DNA from: Gaiellales bacterium
GTDB taxonomy: Bacteria > Actinomycetota > Thermoleophilia > Gaiellales > JAICJC01
Assembly: GCA_045806525.1 (NCBI GenBank)
Contig: JBJMJD010000079.1
Span: forward strand, 2,503 to 66,502
Direction of reading: 5' to 3'
DNA: 64,000 nucleotides
Positions 26,462-36,689 of the stretch are shown here, in pieces (position 1 is the first letter of the stretch; each line of letters begins with the position of its first letter). The notes under the pieces are model-generated. The model made no database searches and was not told the origin of the DNA. It was given only the letters and a program-made list of their open reading frames with translations. A program made the position numbers and the translations under genes.

Positions 26462-26666
26462 CTAGATGATTGGTCGATATCTCCCGCGAGCCTGGCCGCT
26501 GCGGGAGGTCGGTGGTAGGGCACGGCAGGGGTGGCTACGGCTGCGAACCGTCGCCTCGCGGCGTCCTCGGTCCCGCCGATATTCCCGATATTGACGCTCC
26601 CTCGATCCTTGCGAGACTCGGTTCTCGCCGTCCAGGCCATCACGGAGATACCGATCAATCATCTAG
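26462..26666. repeat. 205-bp element bounded by 23-bp AT-rich inverted repeats (MITE-like or large structured RNA)
   Basis: CTAGATGATTGGTCGATATCTCC (26462-84) matches the reverse complement of GGAGATACCGATCAATCATCTAG (26644-66) at 21 of 23 positions. The right arm contains the LDT stop codon. The left arm ends 2 nt from the DHFR-like ATG. Confidence 0.5.
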
Positions 26667-27421
26667 GCGTGGATCGTGACCGGGCCGCCCAGCGGCACGG
26701 TCCGCTCCAGCAGGTGTAGCGCCGCCTGCGGCACCCGGATGCAGCCGAGGCTGGCGTACCGCCCGATGCTGCTCGGCTCAGCGGTGCCGTGGATGGCGAT
26801 CTGGCTGCCGCCCTGCCAGCCTCGCAGCAGCTGCGACTGATGCACCGACAGCCCCAGCGCGAACCTGCCGTAGGTGCTCCCGGGCGGAAACGTGACCCGG
26901 TCGGTGACCGAGAAATGCCCGGTTGGCGTCGGCGTCGAGGACATGCCTGCCGCCACCGGGAACGATCCCAGCAGCTTGCGGCCGCGCAGCACCGACATGC
27001 GCAGCCGTGAGAGGTCGACACTGACTCGTATGCGCGTCCAGCGCAGATCCAGCTCGGCCAGGTCGATCCGGGCCGTCCTGGGGGTTCCGGAGGTCGGGAT
27101 CAGGGCCACGCCGTGACGGCCGTGGTGGTGCAGGATCAGAAGCCAGGTGTCGCTCCCCAGGGGCGTCACCGGACGCACCCACCCGGCGCTGGTGCGGACC
27201 GGCACCGTCACCCGTCCGATCAGGGCGGCGCCGGCGGGCAGGTTCGGCGGCAGCGACCAGGCCGCCGGCTTGGCCGGCGCGGCCGGGGGCCGCACGGTGC
27301 CCGCGCTGGCAGGGGCCGCGTGCGATCCGCTGCCCGCGGAGCTGAGACCCATGGCAACGACACCGATCACGGCCAGCGCCGTCACCGCCAGCGCGCGGAC
27401 GAGGACACGCACCGGGATCAC
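26663..27421 (-). CDS. L,D-transpeptidase (YkuD domain)
   Basis: Signal VRALAVTALAVIGVVAMGLSSAGS. YkuD core IAIHGTAEPSSIGRYASLGCIRV. Paralog of 19886-20947. Confidence 0.8.
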   Translation of the reverse strand: MIPVRVLVRALAVTALAVIGVVAMGLSSAGSGSHAAPASAGTVRPPAAPAKPAAWSLPPNLPAGAALIGRVTVPVRTSAGWVRPVTPLGSDTWLLILHHHGRHGVALIPTSGTPRTARIDLAELDLRWTRIRVSVDLSRLRMSVLRGRKLLGSFPVAAGMSSTPTPTGHFSVTDRVTFPPGSTYGRFALGLSVHQSQLLRGWQGGSQIAIHGTAEPSSIGRYASLGCIRVPQAALHLLERTVPLGGPVTIHA

Positions 27422-27822
27422 CCAGTCGGCCGCGTGTTCTCGATGACTCTGAACGACGGACGGTCCGGCAGCTCATAGAACTCCGGGTTGATGCAGCCGA
27501 GCGGCTCGGCTCGATGCTCGTAGGCGCGCTCGATCTCGGCCGGGCACATCGGCAGCGGCTCGCGGACGGCGCGGATGGCTCCGAACCCGTTGCGCCGTTT
27601 GCGCGCGCGCGTCAGGTGCTCGACGTCGATGGCGACGCCGAAGACGCCCTGCAGGCAGCCCGCGTACTTGTGGCCGAAGGCCTCGTAGGCGTAGAGGAAG
27701 GGGCAGCACTGCTCCATACACCGCTGCGGGTGGATCACCTTCTGGCAGACCACGCCGCAGCGGCGACACTCCACCTCGTCGCGCTGCTCGGCCAGCGGTA
27801 GTCGGGATCGCATGGCACCCAT
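27418..27822 (-). CDS. Cys-rich (9 Cys) cytoplasmic protein, unknown function
   Basis: 134 aa, CRRCGVVC...C...CC...C...C...C. Its stop overlaps the LDT start (ATGA). Confidence 0.5.
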   Translation of the reverse strand: MGAMRSRLPLAEQRDEVECRRCGVVCQKVIHPQRCMEQCCPFLYAYEAFGHKYAGCLQGVFGVAIDVEHLTRARKRRNGFGAIRAVREPLPMCPAEIERAYEHRAEPLGCINPEFYELPDRPSFRVIENTRPTG

Positions 27823-27885
27823 CTCGAACCAGTCTACCCTCGGGCCCGTCAGATGCGACCCGTGGTGGTTCCCGCCACCACTACG

Positions 27886-29477
27886 TCACAGATCGAGCCG
27901 GGCCTCCTCCAGATCCAGCTCGCGGTGCACCACCCGCATCGCGTCGTCGCCGATCGCCCCGGCACCGCGCAAGTCGACAACGGCCTGTCGCTCCGCCTCG
28001 ATCAGCTGCCGCAACAGCTGCTGGTAGGCGGCGGACTGCTCCTCGATCGCGCCGTCGCCGTCGCCGGTGTAGCGCTCGGCGAACCGGTTTCGCCGGAACC
28101 GGTACATCCTTCGCAGCCGCTCGGCCGTCTCGTCGCGCACCCACTCCTCGTCGATCAGCTCGTCGATGCGGTTGAGTGCCGCGTCGGCGGCGTGGATGCG
28201 CGCCTTCACCGCCTCCCGCTCGGCCACGCCGTCGTCCTCGAGCCCGAGCGCCCGGATCACGAGCGGCGTCGTCAGCCCCTGGCCGACCAGCGTGGCCAGG
28301 ATTACGGCGAAGGTCAGGTAGATGATCCGGTCCCGCCCCGGGAAGTCCGGTCCGGCGTCGGTGTGCAGCGGGATCGCCAGGGCCGCGGCCAGCGAGACGG
28401 CGCCGCGCATCCCGGTCCAGGAGATCAGGGCCGGGTACTGCCAGGGCGGGTAGGGATCGGCTGCGCGGATGCGTTCGCTGAGCGCGCGCGGCACGTAGGT
28501 CGCGGGAAACACCCACAGGAACCTGATCACGATCACGGCTGCGACCACCGCCAGGGCCTGCCATACCAGCGTGGTCGTGATGTGGCCGCCGAGCCCGTCC
28601 AGCACCGCCGGCAGGCTCAACCCCACGGTCACGAACAGCAGACCGTTCAGCAGGAAGGTGAGGATCTCCCAGACCGCGTCGCCCTGCAGCCGCGTCTCGA
28701 CGTCGTCAGCTGCGGCGTGTACCAGCCCACGTAGACGCCCGCCGTGACCACCGCCAGCACGCCTGAGGCGCCCAGCAGGTAGGCCGGGATGAACGTGAAG
28801 TAGCCGGTCAGAAGCGCGATCGTGATCTCGAGCGGCGGGTTGTGCAGCCGCAGGCGCACCTGCCGGATCACCCAGCCCAGCGCCAGGCCGATGCCGACGC
28901 CGCCGACCACCGTCCAGATGAACGACAGGGTCACGCTGGTCACGCTGATCGAGCCGGCGACCACGGCCAGCACCGCGAACTTGTAGAGCACCAGCGCCGA
29001 CCCGTCATTGACCAGCCCCTCGCCCTCGACGATCGCGACGATCCGCCGCGGGATGCCGAACCGCTGGGCGATCGAGGTGGCGGCCAGCGGATCGGTGGGC
29101 GAGACGACCGCGCCAAGCACGAACGCCGACGACCATGGCAGCCCGTCGACGGCCGCGTGCGCCACCCAGGCCACGCCGGCGGTGGTGCACAGCACCAGTC
29201 CGGTCGAGAGCAGGCCGATCGGGCGCTTGTTGGCGCGCAGGTCGCGCAGCGACGTGAAGAAGGCAGCCGAGTACAGCAGCGGCGGCAGGATGCCGAACAG
29301 CACCACCTGCGGGGGGATCTGGACCTCGGGCACGCCCGGCACAAAGCCGAGGGCGAGGCCGCCCAGCACCAGCAGGATCGGGTAGGGCACGCGCAGCCGC
29401 GGCGCGGCCGCCAGCAGCGCGGTGAACGCGACCAGCAGCGCCAGTGCGGCGGCCAGATCGTGGTTCGAGATCGTCAC
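27886..29477 (-). pseudogene. Na+/H+ antiporter (CPA1/NhaP type) interrupted by a 1-nt frameshift near 28698-28716
   Basis: Track ORFs 28647..29477 (N-terminal 10 TM) and 27886..28632 (remaining TMs plus cytoplasmic tail) are consecutive parts of one ~530-aa antiporter. The second frame is already open upstream and reads ...DDVETRLQGDAVWEILTFLLNGLLFVTVGLSLP, continuing ...VGWYTPQLTT from the first frame. Confidence 0.65.
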
Positions 29478-29505
29478 CGACGATCAGTCTAGGTGGCGGC
29501 TCGAA

Positions 29506-30945
29506 TCAGTCGAAGCGGTGCCGGACGACCATGCGCTTGGCCGCGCCGGCCTCGTCCAGCCGCGCCACGGGCCTGGTGTGGGGCGCCGACTTGAGCAGGT
29601 CGGGGTCGCTCGCCGCCTCGCCCACGATCGCGAGCATCGCCTCGCAGAACGCGTCCAGAGTCTCCTTCGCCTCGGTCTCGGTGGGCTCGATCATCAGCGC
29701 CTCCGGCACGACCAGCGGGAAGTAGACCGTGGGCGGGTGGAACCCGTAGTCCATCAGCCGCTTGGCCACGTCCAGCGCGGTCGCGCCGTACTCGCGCTTG
29801 AGGCCACGCGCCGACAGCACGAACTCGTGCATGCAGTGGCGGTCGTAGGGCAGCTCGTAGTCATCCTTCAGCAGCGCCAGCATGTAGTTCGCATTCAGCA
29901 CCGCGATCTCGGACATATCCCGCAGCCCCGGCCCCCAGGAGCGGATGAAGGCGTAGGCCCGGACGAACACGCCGAACGGCCCGCCGAACCCGCGCACGCG
30001 GCCGATCGACTTGGGCCGGTCGTGGTCGAGCCTAAACCCGTCGCCGTCGCGCACCACCACCGGTGTCGGCAGGTACGGCTCGAGGATGTCGCGCACCGCG
30101 ACCGACCCGGCGCCCGGGCCGCCGCCGCCGTGCGGCTGCGAGAACGTCTTGTGCAGGTTGAAGTGCAGCACGTCGAAGCCCATGTCGCCCGGGCGCGAGA
30201 TGCCGCAGACCGCGTTCAGGTTGGCGCCGTCGTAGTAGAGCAGGGCGCCGGCGTCGTGGAAGATCGCCGCCACCTCCTCGATCCGCTCCTCGAACAGCCC
30301 CAGCGTCGAGGGGTTCGTCAGCATCAGCCCGGCGGTCTGCGGGCCCACCTTCTCACGCAGGTCGCCGACGTCGATGTTGCCGCGCTCGTCAACGTTCACC
30401 TTGCGCACGGTGTAGCCGGCCATGGTGACGCTGGCCGGATTGGTGCCGTGGGCGGTGTCGGGGATGACGATCTCGCGGCGCTGCTCGTGCTCGCCGCGGT
30501 CCTTGAAGTACGCGCTGATCAGGGTCAGGCCGGTCAGCTCCCCTTGCGAGCCCGCGGCCGGTTGCAGCGTCACGGCCTGCAGCCCGACCACCTCGGCCAG
30601 GATCTCCTGCAGCCGCCACATCAGCTCCAGCGCCCCCTGCGCGTCCTGGTCGTCCTGGTAGGGGTGCAGGTCGCGGAAGCCGGGCAGGCCGACCAGCCGT
30701 TCGTTGACGCGCGGGTTGTACTTCATCGTGCACGAGCCGAGCGGGTAGAAGCCGGTGTCGATGCCGAAGTTGCGGGTGCTGAGCTCGGTGAAGTGCCGCA
30801 CCAGCTCCGGCTCGGCCAGCTCCGGCAGCCGCGGCGGCTGGGAGCGCTGCAAGTGCTCGGGGATGGCCGCACCCGGCTCCAGCCCCGGGTCGGGCACCGA
30901 CGAGGCGCGGCGGCCTGCCTGCGACCGCTCGTAGATCAGCTTCAT
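29506..30945 (-). CDS. gcvPB: Glycine dehydrogenase (decarboxylating) subunit 2
   Basis: 479 aa. PLP-Lys context FNLHKTF. 4-nt overlap with gcvPA. Confidence 0.93.
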   Translation of the reverse strand: MKLIYERSQAGRRASSVPDPGLEPGAAIPEHLQRSQPPRLPELAEPELVRHFTELSTRNFGIDTGFYPLGSCTMKYNPRVNERLVGLPGFRDLHPYQDDQDAQGALELMWRLQEILAEVVGLQAVTLQPAAGSQGELTGLTLISAYFKDRGEHEQRREIVIPDTAHGTNPASVTMAGYTVRKVNVDERGNIDVGDLREKVGPQTAGLMLTNPSTLGLFEERIEEVAAIFHDAGALLYYDGANLNAVCGISRPGDMGFDVLHFNLHKTFSQPHGGGGPGAGSVAVRDILEPYLPTPVVVRDGDGFRLDHDRPKSIGRVRGFGGPFGVFVRAYAFIRSWGPGLRDMSEIAVLNANYMLALLKDDYELPYDRHCMHEFVLSARGLKREYGATALDVAKRLMDYGFHPPTVYFPLVVPEALMIEPTETEAKETLDAFCEAMLAIVGEAASDPDLLKSAPHTRPVARLDEAGAAKRMVVRHRFD

Positions 30946-32285
30946 GCCGCCACCTCCACGCCCGCCGCCGCCAGCGCCTCGGCCAGCCGCTCGATCTCGT
31001 CGGGCGTGCGCCGCTCGGTGAAGGCCATCATCAGCGCGTCGTCAAGGCCGGCGTAGTCCCTCCCGATCGCGTAGCCGGGATGCACGCCACGCCGCTTGCA
31101 CTCGGCGATCACCTCACGGGCCGGGCGACCGGTGCGCACGATGAACTCGCGCAGGGTGGGCCGGTCGAACGCGGGCGGCAGGCTCAACCGCCGTTTGGCG
31201 TGCTCCGCTAGCGCGTGCGATCGCTCGCCCACCTCGCGCAGCCCCGCCGGGCCGAGCCACGACAGGTATACGAGGCCGCCCAGCGCCAGCAGCGTCTGGT
31301 TCGAGGTGATGTTCGACGTGGCCTTCTCACGGCGGATGTGCTGCTCGCGCGTCTGCAGCGTCAGCACGAAGCCGCGGCGGTTCTCGAGGTCGACCGTCTC
31401 GCCCACGATGCGGCCGGGCAGCTGCCGGGCGTAGTCCTGCCGGGCGGCCAGGAAGCCGTACTGGGGACCGCCGTAGGACAGGTAGTTGCCGGCCGGCTGT
31501 CCCTCACCGATCGCCAGCGCGCACCCGTAGCGGCCGGGCGCCTCCAGCACGCCAAGGGACATCGGGTCGACGTGCGCGACCGGCAGCGCACCGCCGGCGG
31601 CGGCCGCGGTCGCCAGCGCCGGCGCGTCCTCGAGCACCCCCAGGAAGTTGGGCTGCTGGAAGATGACGAGGGCGGCGCCGTCGGCGGCGGCGGCGGCCAC
31701 CTGCTCGGGATCGGTGGCGCCGTCGCTGTGCGGCACCTCGACCACCTCCATCCCGAAGCCCGGCGCGAACGTGCGCACCACCTGGCGTGCCTGCGGGTTC
31801 AGCGTCTCGGCCACGACCACCTTGGTGCGACCGGTGGCGAGCTTGGCGACGTAGCAGGCGTCGGCCGCGACCGTGGTCCCGTCGTAGCCGGAGGCGTTCG
31901 AGACGTCCATGCCGGTGAGCTCGCAGATCGCCGTCTGGTACTCGAAGATCGCCTGCAGCACGCCCTGGCTCATCTCCGGCTGGTACGGCGTGTACGCGGT
32001 CAGGAACTCGCCGCGCTGCATCATCGTGTCGACCACGGCCGGCACGTAGTGGTCGTACATCCCGGCCCCCAGGAATGACAGCTCGCGGCCGATGTCGACG
32101 TTGCGCCCGGCCAGCTCGGCCATGTGCGCGGACAGCTCGGCCTCCGACAGCGCCGGGCCGACGTCCAGCGGCCGGCCCAGACGCACCGCCTCCGGAATCT
32201 CGGCGAACAACTCGTCGATCGAGCCGATGCCGATGGCGGCCAGCATGGCCGCGCGGTCGGCGTCGGTCAGCGACGTGAAGCTCAC
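30942..32285 (-). CDS. gcvPA: Glycine dehydrogenase (decarboxylating) subunit 1
   Basis: 447 aa. Typical N-terminus ...IGIGSIDELFAEIPEAVRL and TAYTPYQPEMSQG. Confidence 0.93.
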   Translation of the reverse strand: MSFTSLTDADRAAMLAAIGIGSIDELFAEIPEAVRLGRPLDVGPALSEAELSAHMAELAGRNVDIGRELSFLGAGMYDHYVPAVVDTMMQRGEFLTAYTPYQPEMSQGVLQAIFEYQTAICELTGMDVSNASGYDGTTVAADACYVAKLATGRTKVVVAETLNPQARQVVRTFAPGFGMEVVEVPHSDGATDPEQVAAAAADGAALVIFQQPNFLGVLEDAPALATAAAAGGALPVAHVDPMSLGVLEAPGRYGCALAIGEGQPAGNYLSYGGPQYGFLAARQDYARQLPGRIVGETVDLENRRGFVLTLQTREQHIRREKATSNITSNQTLLALGGLVYLSWLGPAGLREVGERSHALAEHAKRRLSLPPAFDRPTLREFIVRTGRPAREVIAECKRRGVHPGYAIGRDYAGLDDALMMAFTERRTPDEIERLAEALAAAGVEVAA

Positions 32286-32670
32286 AGCGAGGCGACGTAG
32301 CTCGAGTAGCCGGCGGCGTCCATCAGCGAGTCCAGCTCGGAGGGATCCGACATCCGCACCCTCACCAGCCAGCCCTCTCCGTAGGGGTCGTCGTTGACGG
32401 TGCTCTCGCTGCCGTCGAGAGCGTCGTTGGTCTCGGTCACCTCACCCGAAAGCGGCGCGATCAGCTGGGAAACGGCCTTGGTCGATTCCAGCTCCCCGTA
32501 CTCGCCACCACGCTCGATGGCGGCGCCCACCTGCGACGGCGCGAAGTAGACGACCTCGCCCAGGCTGTCCTGGGCGTACCAGGTGATGCCGAACGTGGCA
32601 ACGTCACCGTCCACCCGCGCCCAGTCGTGCTCCTCGTTGTAGTAGAGACCGTCGGGGTAGCTGGCCTCGC

Positions 32671-32674
<4 letters not shown>
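32282..32674 (-). CDS. gcvH: Glycine cleavage system H protein
   Basis: ATG at 32674 within track ORF 32282..33151. Lipoyl-Lys context ELESTKAVSQL. Confidence 0.93.
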
Positions 32675-33738
<1,064 letters not shown>

Positions 33739-33878
33739 TGCGGGCAGGCAGTCTACCCTGACCGGCAGCAGCCGCGGGGATGCCGCCCACACTCGGGTTT
33801 CGGCACGGCCGCTGGCGGGCTACGATCGTTGCGCGACCACGCGGCCGATGCCGCCCGGTTGACCCCGACGCAGGCGCT

Positions 33879-33898
33879 CCGGCGGCTCCGGCCGCCGG
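33879..33898 (-). terminator. GC hairpin 25 nt after the ftsZ stop
   Basis: On the minus strand, CCGGCGGC-CGGA-GCCGCCGG (8-bp stem). No U-tract. Confidence 0.3.
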
Positions 33899-33922
33899 GG
33901 TCGCCGCTCTTCCGTGCGACCG

Positions 33923-35005
33923 TTACTGGTCGCGCAGGAAGCTGGGGATCTCGAGCGCCTCGCGCGGCACCTCGAAGTCGCCCGCGTCGGTCTCCTCGAG
34001 CTGCTTGGAACGGTCGCTGGTGCCGGTCGCAAAGGCGGCCGCCGGCCGCGCCCGCGACCCGCGGTCGAAGCCGGTCGCGATCACGGTCACCCGCACCTGA
34101 TCGCCCATCGCCTCGTCGATCACGGCGCCGAAGATGATGTTCGCGTCGGCGTCGGAGGCGCTGCCGATGATCTCGGCCGCCTCGTTCACCTCGAACAGCC
34201 CCAGATCGGCGCCGCCGGTGATGTTCAGCAGGATGCCGGTGGCACCCTCGACCGAGGCCTCGAGCAGCGGCGACGAGATGGCTGCGCGGGCGGCCTCGCC
34301 GGCGCGGTTCTCGCCGCTGGCCAGACCGATGCCCATCAGGGCCGACCCGGCCTCGCGCATGATCGTGCGCACGTCGGCGAAGTCGAGGTTGATCAGGCCG
34401 GGCACCGTGATCAGGTCGGTGATGCCCTGCACGCCCTGACGCAGCACGTCGTCGGCGATGCGGAAGGCGTCGACGATCGACGTGCGCTTCTCGACGACCT
34501 GCAGCAGGCGGTCGTTGGGGATGATGATCAGCGTGTCGACCTTCTCGCGCAGCGCGCGGATGCCCTGCTCGGCCTGGTCGCCGCGCTTCTGGCCCTCGAA
34601 CGTGAACGGCCGCGTCACCACACCCACCGTGAGGGCGCCCAGCTCGCGTGCGATCTCGGCGATGATGGGAGCAGCACCGGTGCCGGTGCCGCCGCCCTTG
34701 CCTGCCGTCACGAACACCATGTCGGCACCCTTCAGCGCCTCCTTCAGCTCGTCGCGGCTCTCCATCGCGGCCTCGCGGCCGATCGATGGGTCGGCGCCTG
34801 CGCCGAGGCCGCGCGTGATCTTCGAGCCGATGTGGATCTTGACGTCGGCATCGCACATCAGGAGCGCCTGCGCGTCGGTGTTGACTGCGATGAACTCGAC
34901 ACCGCGAAGGCCTGCGTCGACCATGCGGTTGACGGCATTGGTGCCACCACCGCCAACGCCGACGACCTTGATAACGGCCAGGTAGTTCCCGCTCTGATCC
35001 CTCAT
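33923..35005 (-). CDS. ftsZ: Cell division GTPase FtsZ
   Basis: ATG at 35005 preceded by [20 protein letters not shown] and GGTGTGAAP tubulin signature. Confidence 0.95.
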   Translation of the reverse strand: MRDQSGNYLAVIKVVGVGGGGTNAVNRMVDAGLRGVEFIAVNTDAQALLMCDADVKIHIGSKITRGLGAGADPSIGREAAMESRDELKEALKGADMVFVTAGKGGGTGTGAAPIIAEIARELGALTVGVVTRPFTFEGQKRGDQAEQGIRALREKVDTLIIIPNDRLLQVVEKRTSIVDAFRIADDVLRQGVQGITDLITVPGLINLDFADVRTIMREAGSALMGIGLASGENRAGEAARAAISSPLLEASVEGATGILLNITGGADLGLFEVNEAAEIIGSASDADANIIFGAVIDEAMGDQVRVTVIATGFDRGSRARPAAAFATGTSDRSKQLEETDAGDFEVPREALEIPSFLRDQ

Positions 35006-35136
35006 GATTGCCTTACCTCCGTCGCGGCCCCTGCTGCCGGGCTCCATCTCACGGTCAGCCTGAGAGTGCTCCCAAAAAGACGTTGAGCCCGCCTGGCGAG
35101 CCGAAATCCACTCGGCCTACAGGGGGCACGGTCGCC

Positions 35137-35165
35137 AGGGTACCTCGCCCAACCCTCGGTGTCAA
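35137..35165 (-). promoter_or_regulatory. Predicted promoter upstream of ftsZ
   Basis: On the minus strand, TTGACA (35165-60), a 17-nt spacer, then TACCCT (35142-37). It lies just downstream of the ftsQ stop. Confidence 0.35.
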
Positions 35166-35188
35166 GCCGAACCTGATGGAACGAACCC

Positions 35189-36007
35189 TCACCCTAAACT
35201 TGAGGGTAAGGATGACCGCAGGCCGTAGGCGGGGCGGCCGGGCGCGGACACGTCGATGTAGGAGAGGTCGTGTCGCTGCTGCCCCGTGATCCGGCGCATC
35301 ACCCGCTGCACGACGGCCAGCTTCAGTGCGAGGTCGTCGGGCGTGCCCAGGCGCAGCGTGATGTGGCTACCGACCAGTGCGGACACCGTCCCCGAGTCGG
35401 CCGTGAGCTTCGTTATGCGACCGACGCGGCCCCGGAATCCAGCCGGGGTGTGAGACAGCACCGAGAGCGCCGCCCGGACGTTGGCGTCGCCGGTCGTGCT
35501 GCCCACGAGCAGTGTGGTGCCGGCGGGCACGGGCACGGCGGGCAGGCCGGACGGCGCCTTCGAGCGCACCTCCAGCACGCGGCCGTCGGGAGCGACCAGA
35601 TAGTCCGACTTGCCGACGGTCACGACCATCGACGGGTGCTCGACGCGGACGGTCACGGCCAGGGTGTGCGGGAACGCCCGGTCCACCGAGGCCGAGCGCA
35701 CGTACGGCATGTCGCTGAGCGATCCGGCGATCGCCCCGCGGTCGACCGACAGCAGGTTGCGGCCGTGCACCTGCCGCTCGACGGCCGTGTGGATCTGGCG
35801 CTCGAGCGCCGGCGGGGCACCGGTCACCCGAACGCTGTCGACGGCGAACGCCGAGGACATCGCGATCAGCTTGTACCCGGCCAGGGCGACCAGCGTGCCC
35901 AGCACCACCAGCAGCACGGTCAGCCTGCGTCGCCCCTGTGCGCGGACGAGTTCCCGCCGGCGAATCAGGAGTGCATCATCTATGCCCGAGACGAGCTGCA
36001 CGGCCAC
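35189..36007 (-). CDS. ftsQ: Cell division protein FtsQ/DivIB (POTRA)
   Basis: Basic N-terminus, single TM LTVLLVVLGTLVALAGY, then a POTRA-like FAVDSVRVTGAP... Position is between murB and ftsZ. Confidence 0.8.
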   Translation of the reverse strand: MAVQLVSGIDDALLIRRRELVRAQGRRRLTVLLVVLGTLVALAGYKLIAMSSAFAVDSVRVTGAPPALERQIHTAVERQVHGRNLLSVDRGAIAGSLSDMPYVRSASVDRAFPHTLAVTVRVEHPSMVVTVGKSDYLVAPDGRVLEVRSKAPSGLPAVPVPAGTTLLVGSTTGDANVRAALSVLSHTPAGFRGRVGRITKLTADSGTVSALVGSHITLRLGTPDDLALKLAVVQRVMRRITGQQRHDLSYIDVSAPGRPAYGLRSSLPSSLG

Positions 36008-36052
36008 CTTTTCGGCGGCGGCCGAGGGAAACCTGCCGTCTCCGGCCAGGAA

Positions 36053-36313
36053 TCAGCGGTCGAAGCGAACGGCCCGCCACTCGGGCAGCTCAGGGATGAC
36101 CGGGCCCTCGCCGGGCTGTCCCCAGCACGCCGCCAGGCACAGCAGTGCGCGCGGAGCGCTGACCGCGACCACGACCAGCGCCGCCTCTCCGGACTGCCGG
36201 TCGACGAGCAGCAGCCCAACCATCGCCAGGATCAGCACGGACAGGCCATAGACGACGGTCGCGGCCTGACCAGGCGTCGCGCCTTTGCGCATGAGTACGG
36301 CCACCGGATGCAT
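36053..36313 (-). CDS. Possible 86-aa membrane protein
   Basis: ATG at 36313 within track ORF 36053..36523. Two hydrophobic helices and only moderate GC3. It lies in the dcw operon direction. Confidence 0.3.
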   Translation of the reverse strand: MHPVAVLMRKGATPGQAATVVYGLSVLILAMVGLLLVDRQSGEAALVVVAVSAPRALLCLAACWGQPGEGPVIPELPEWRAVRFDR

Positions 36314-36359
36314 GTGCCGATCGTAGCGCTGCGTCGGGCCGTGACATACCATCCGCGCG

Positions 36360-36689
36360 ATGGGCAGGCGCCGCGACAGCCAGCGTCCCGGCCGGTTTCG
36401 GCGGAAGGCGATCATCGCCGGGAGCGTCGTCCTGGTGGAGGCCGTCGCGCTTCGGATCCGGTCCGGCCGGCTGGGCGGGAACGTGGTCGTGCGCTGCAGG
36501 CGCGGCCACCTCTTCACCACCATCTGGATCCCGGGCGGCTCGCTGAAGTCGCTGCGGTTCGGCTGGTGGCGGCTCCAGCGGTGCCCGGTGGGCCATCACT
36601 GGTCGGTCGTGACTCCGGTCAGGACCTCGGACCTGAGCCAGGAGGAGCGCCGCAACGCGAGCGAGGCTCGCGACGTCCGCGTGCCCTGA
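36360..36689 (+). CDS. Hypothetical protein with an N-terminal TM helix and a C/H-rich (CxxGH...CPVGHH) module
   Basis: 109 aa with high GC3. It is the only plus-strand gene inside the dcw cluster. Its stop abuts the murB stop. Confidence 0.5.
   Translation: MGRRRDSQRPGRFRRKAIIAGSVVLVEAVALRIRSGRLGGNVVVRCRRGHLFTTIWIPGGSLKSLRFGWWRLQRCPVGHHWSVVTPVRTSDLSQEERRNASEARDVRVP

Noticed and set aside
26485-26643. The interior of the IR-bounded element as a known riboswitch (ZTP/pfl, THF, FMN, cobalamin or c-di-GMP-I) controlling the DHFR-family gene.
   Set aside because: None of the conserved cores was found on either strand (e.g. GGGUCGUGACUGGCG...CCGCCUGGGC for ZTP, or the RFN or B12 boxes). It is kept only as an unclassified element in the findings.
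36090-36599. Track ORFs 36090..36599 and 36053..36523 (minus strand) as full-length genes between murB and ftsQ.
   Set aside because: Their 5' halves are Arg/Pro-rich and lie antisense to the better-supported plus-strand gene 36360-36689. Only the distal 86 codons (36053-36313) were retained, as a low-confidence membrane ORF.
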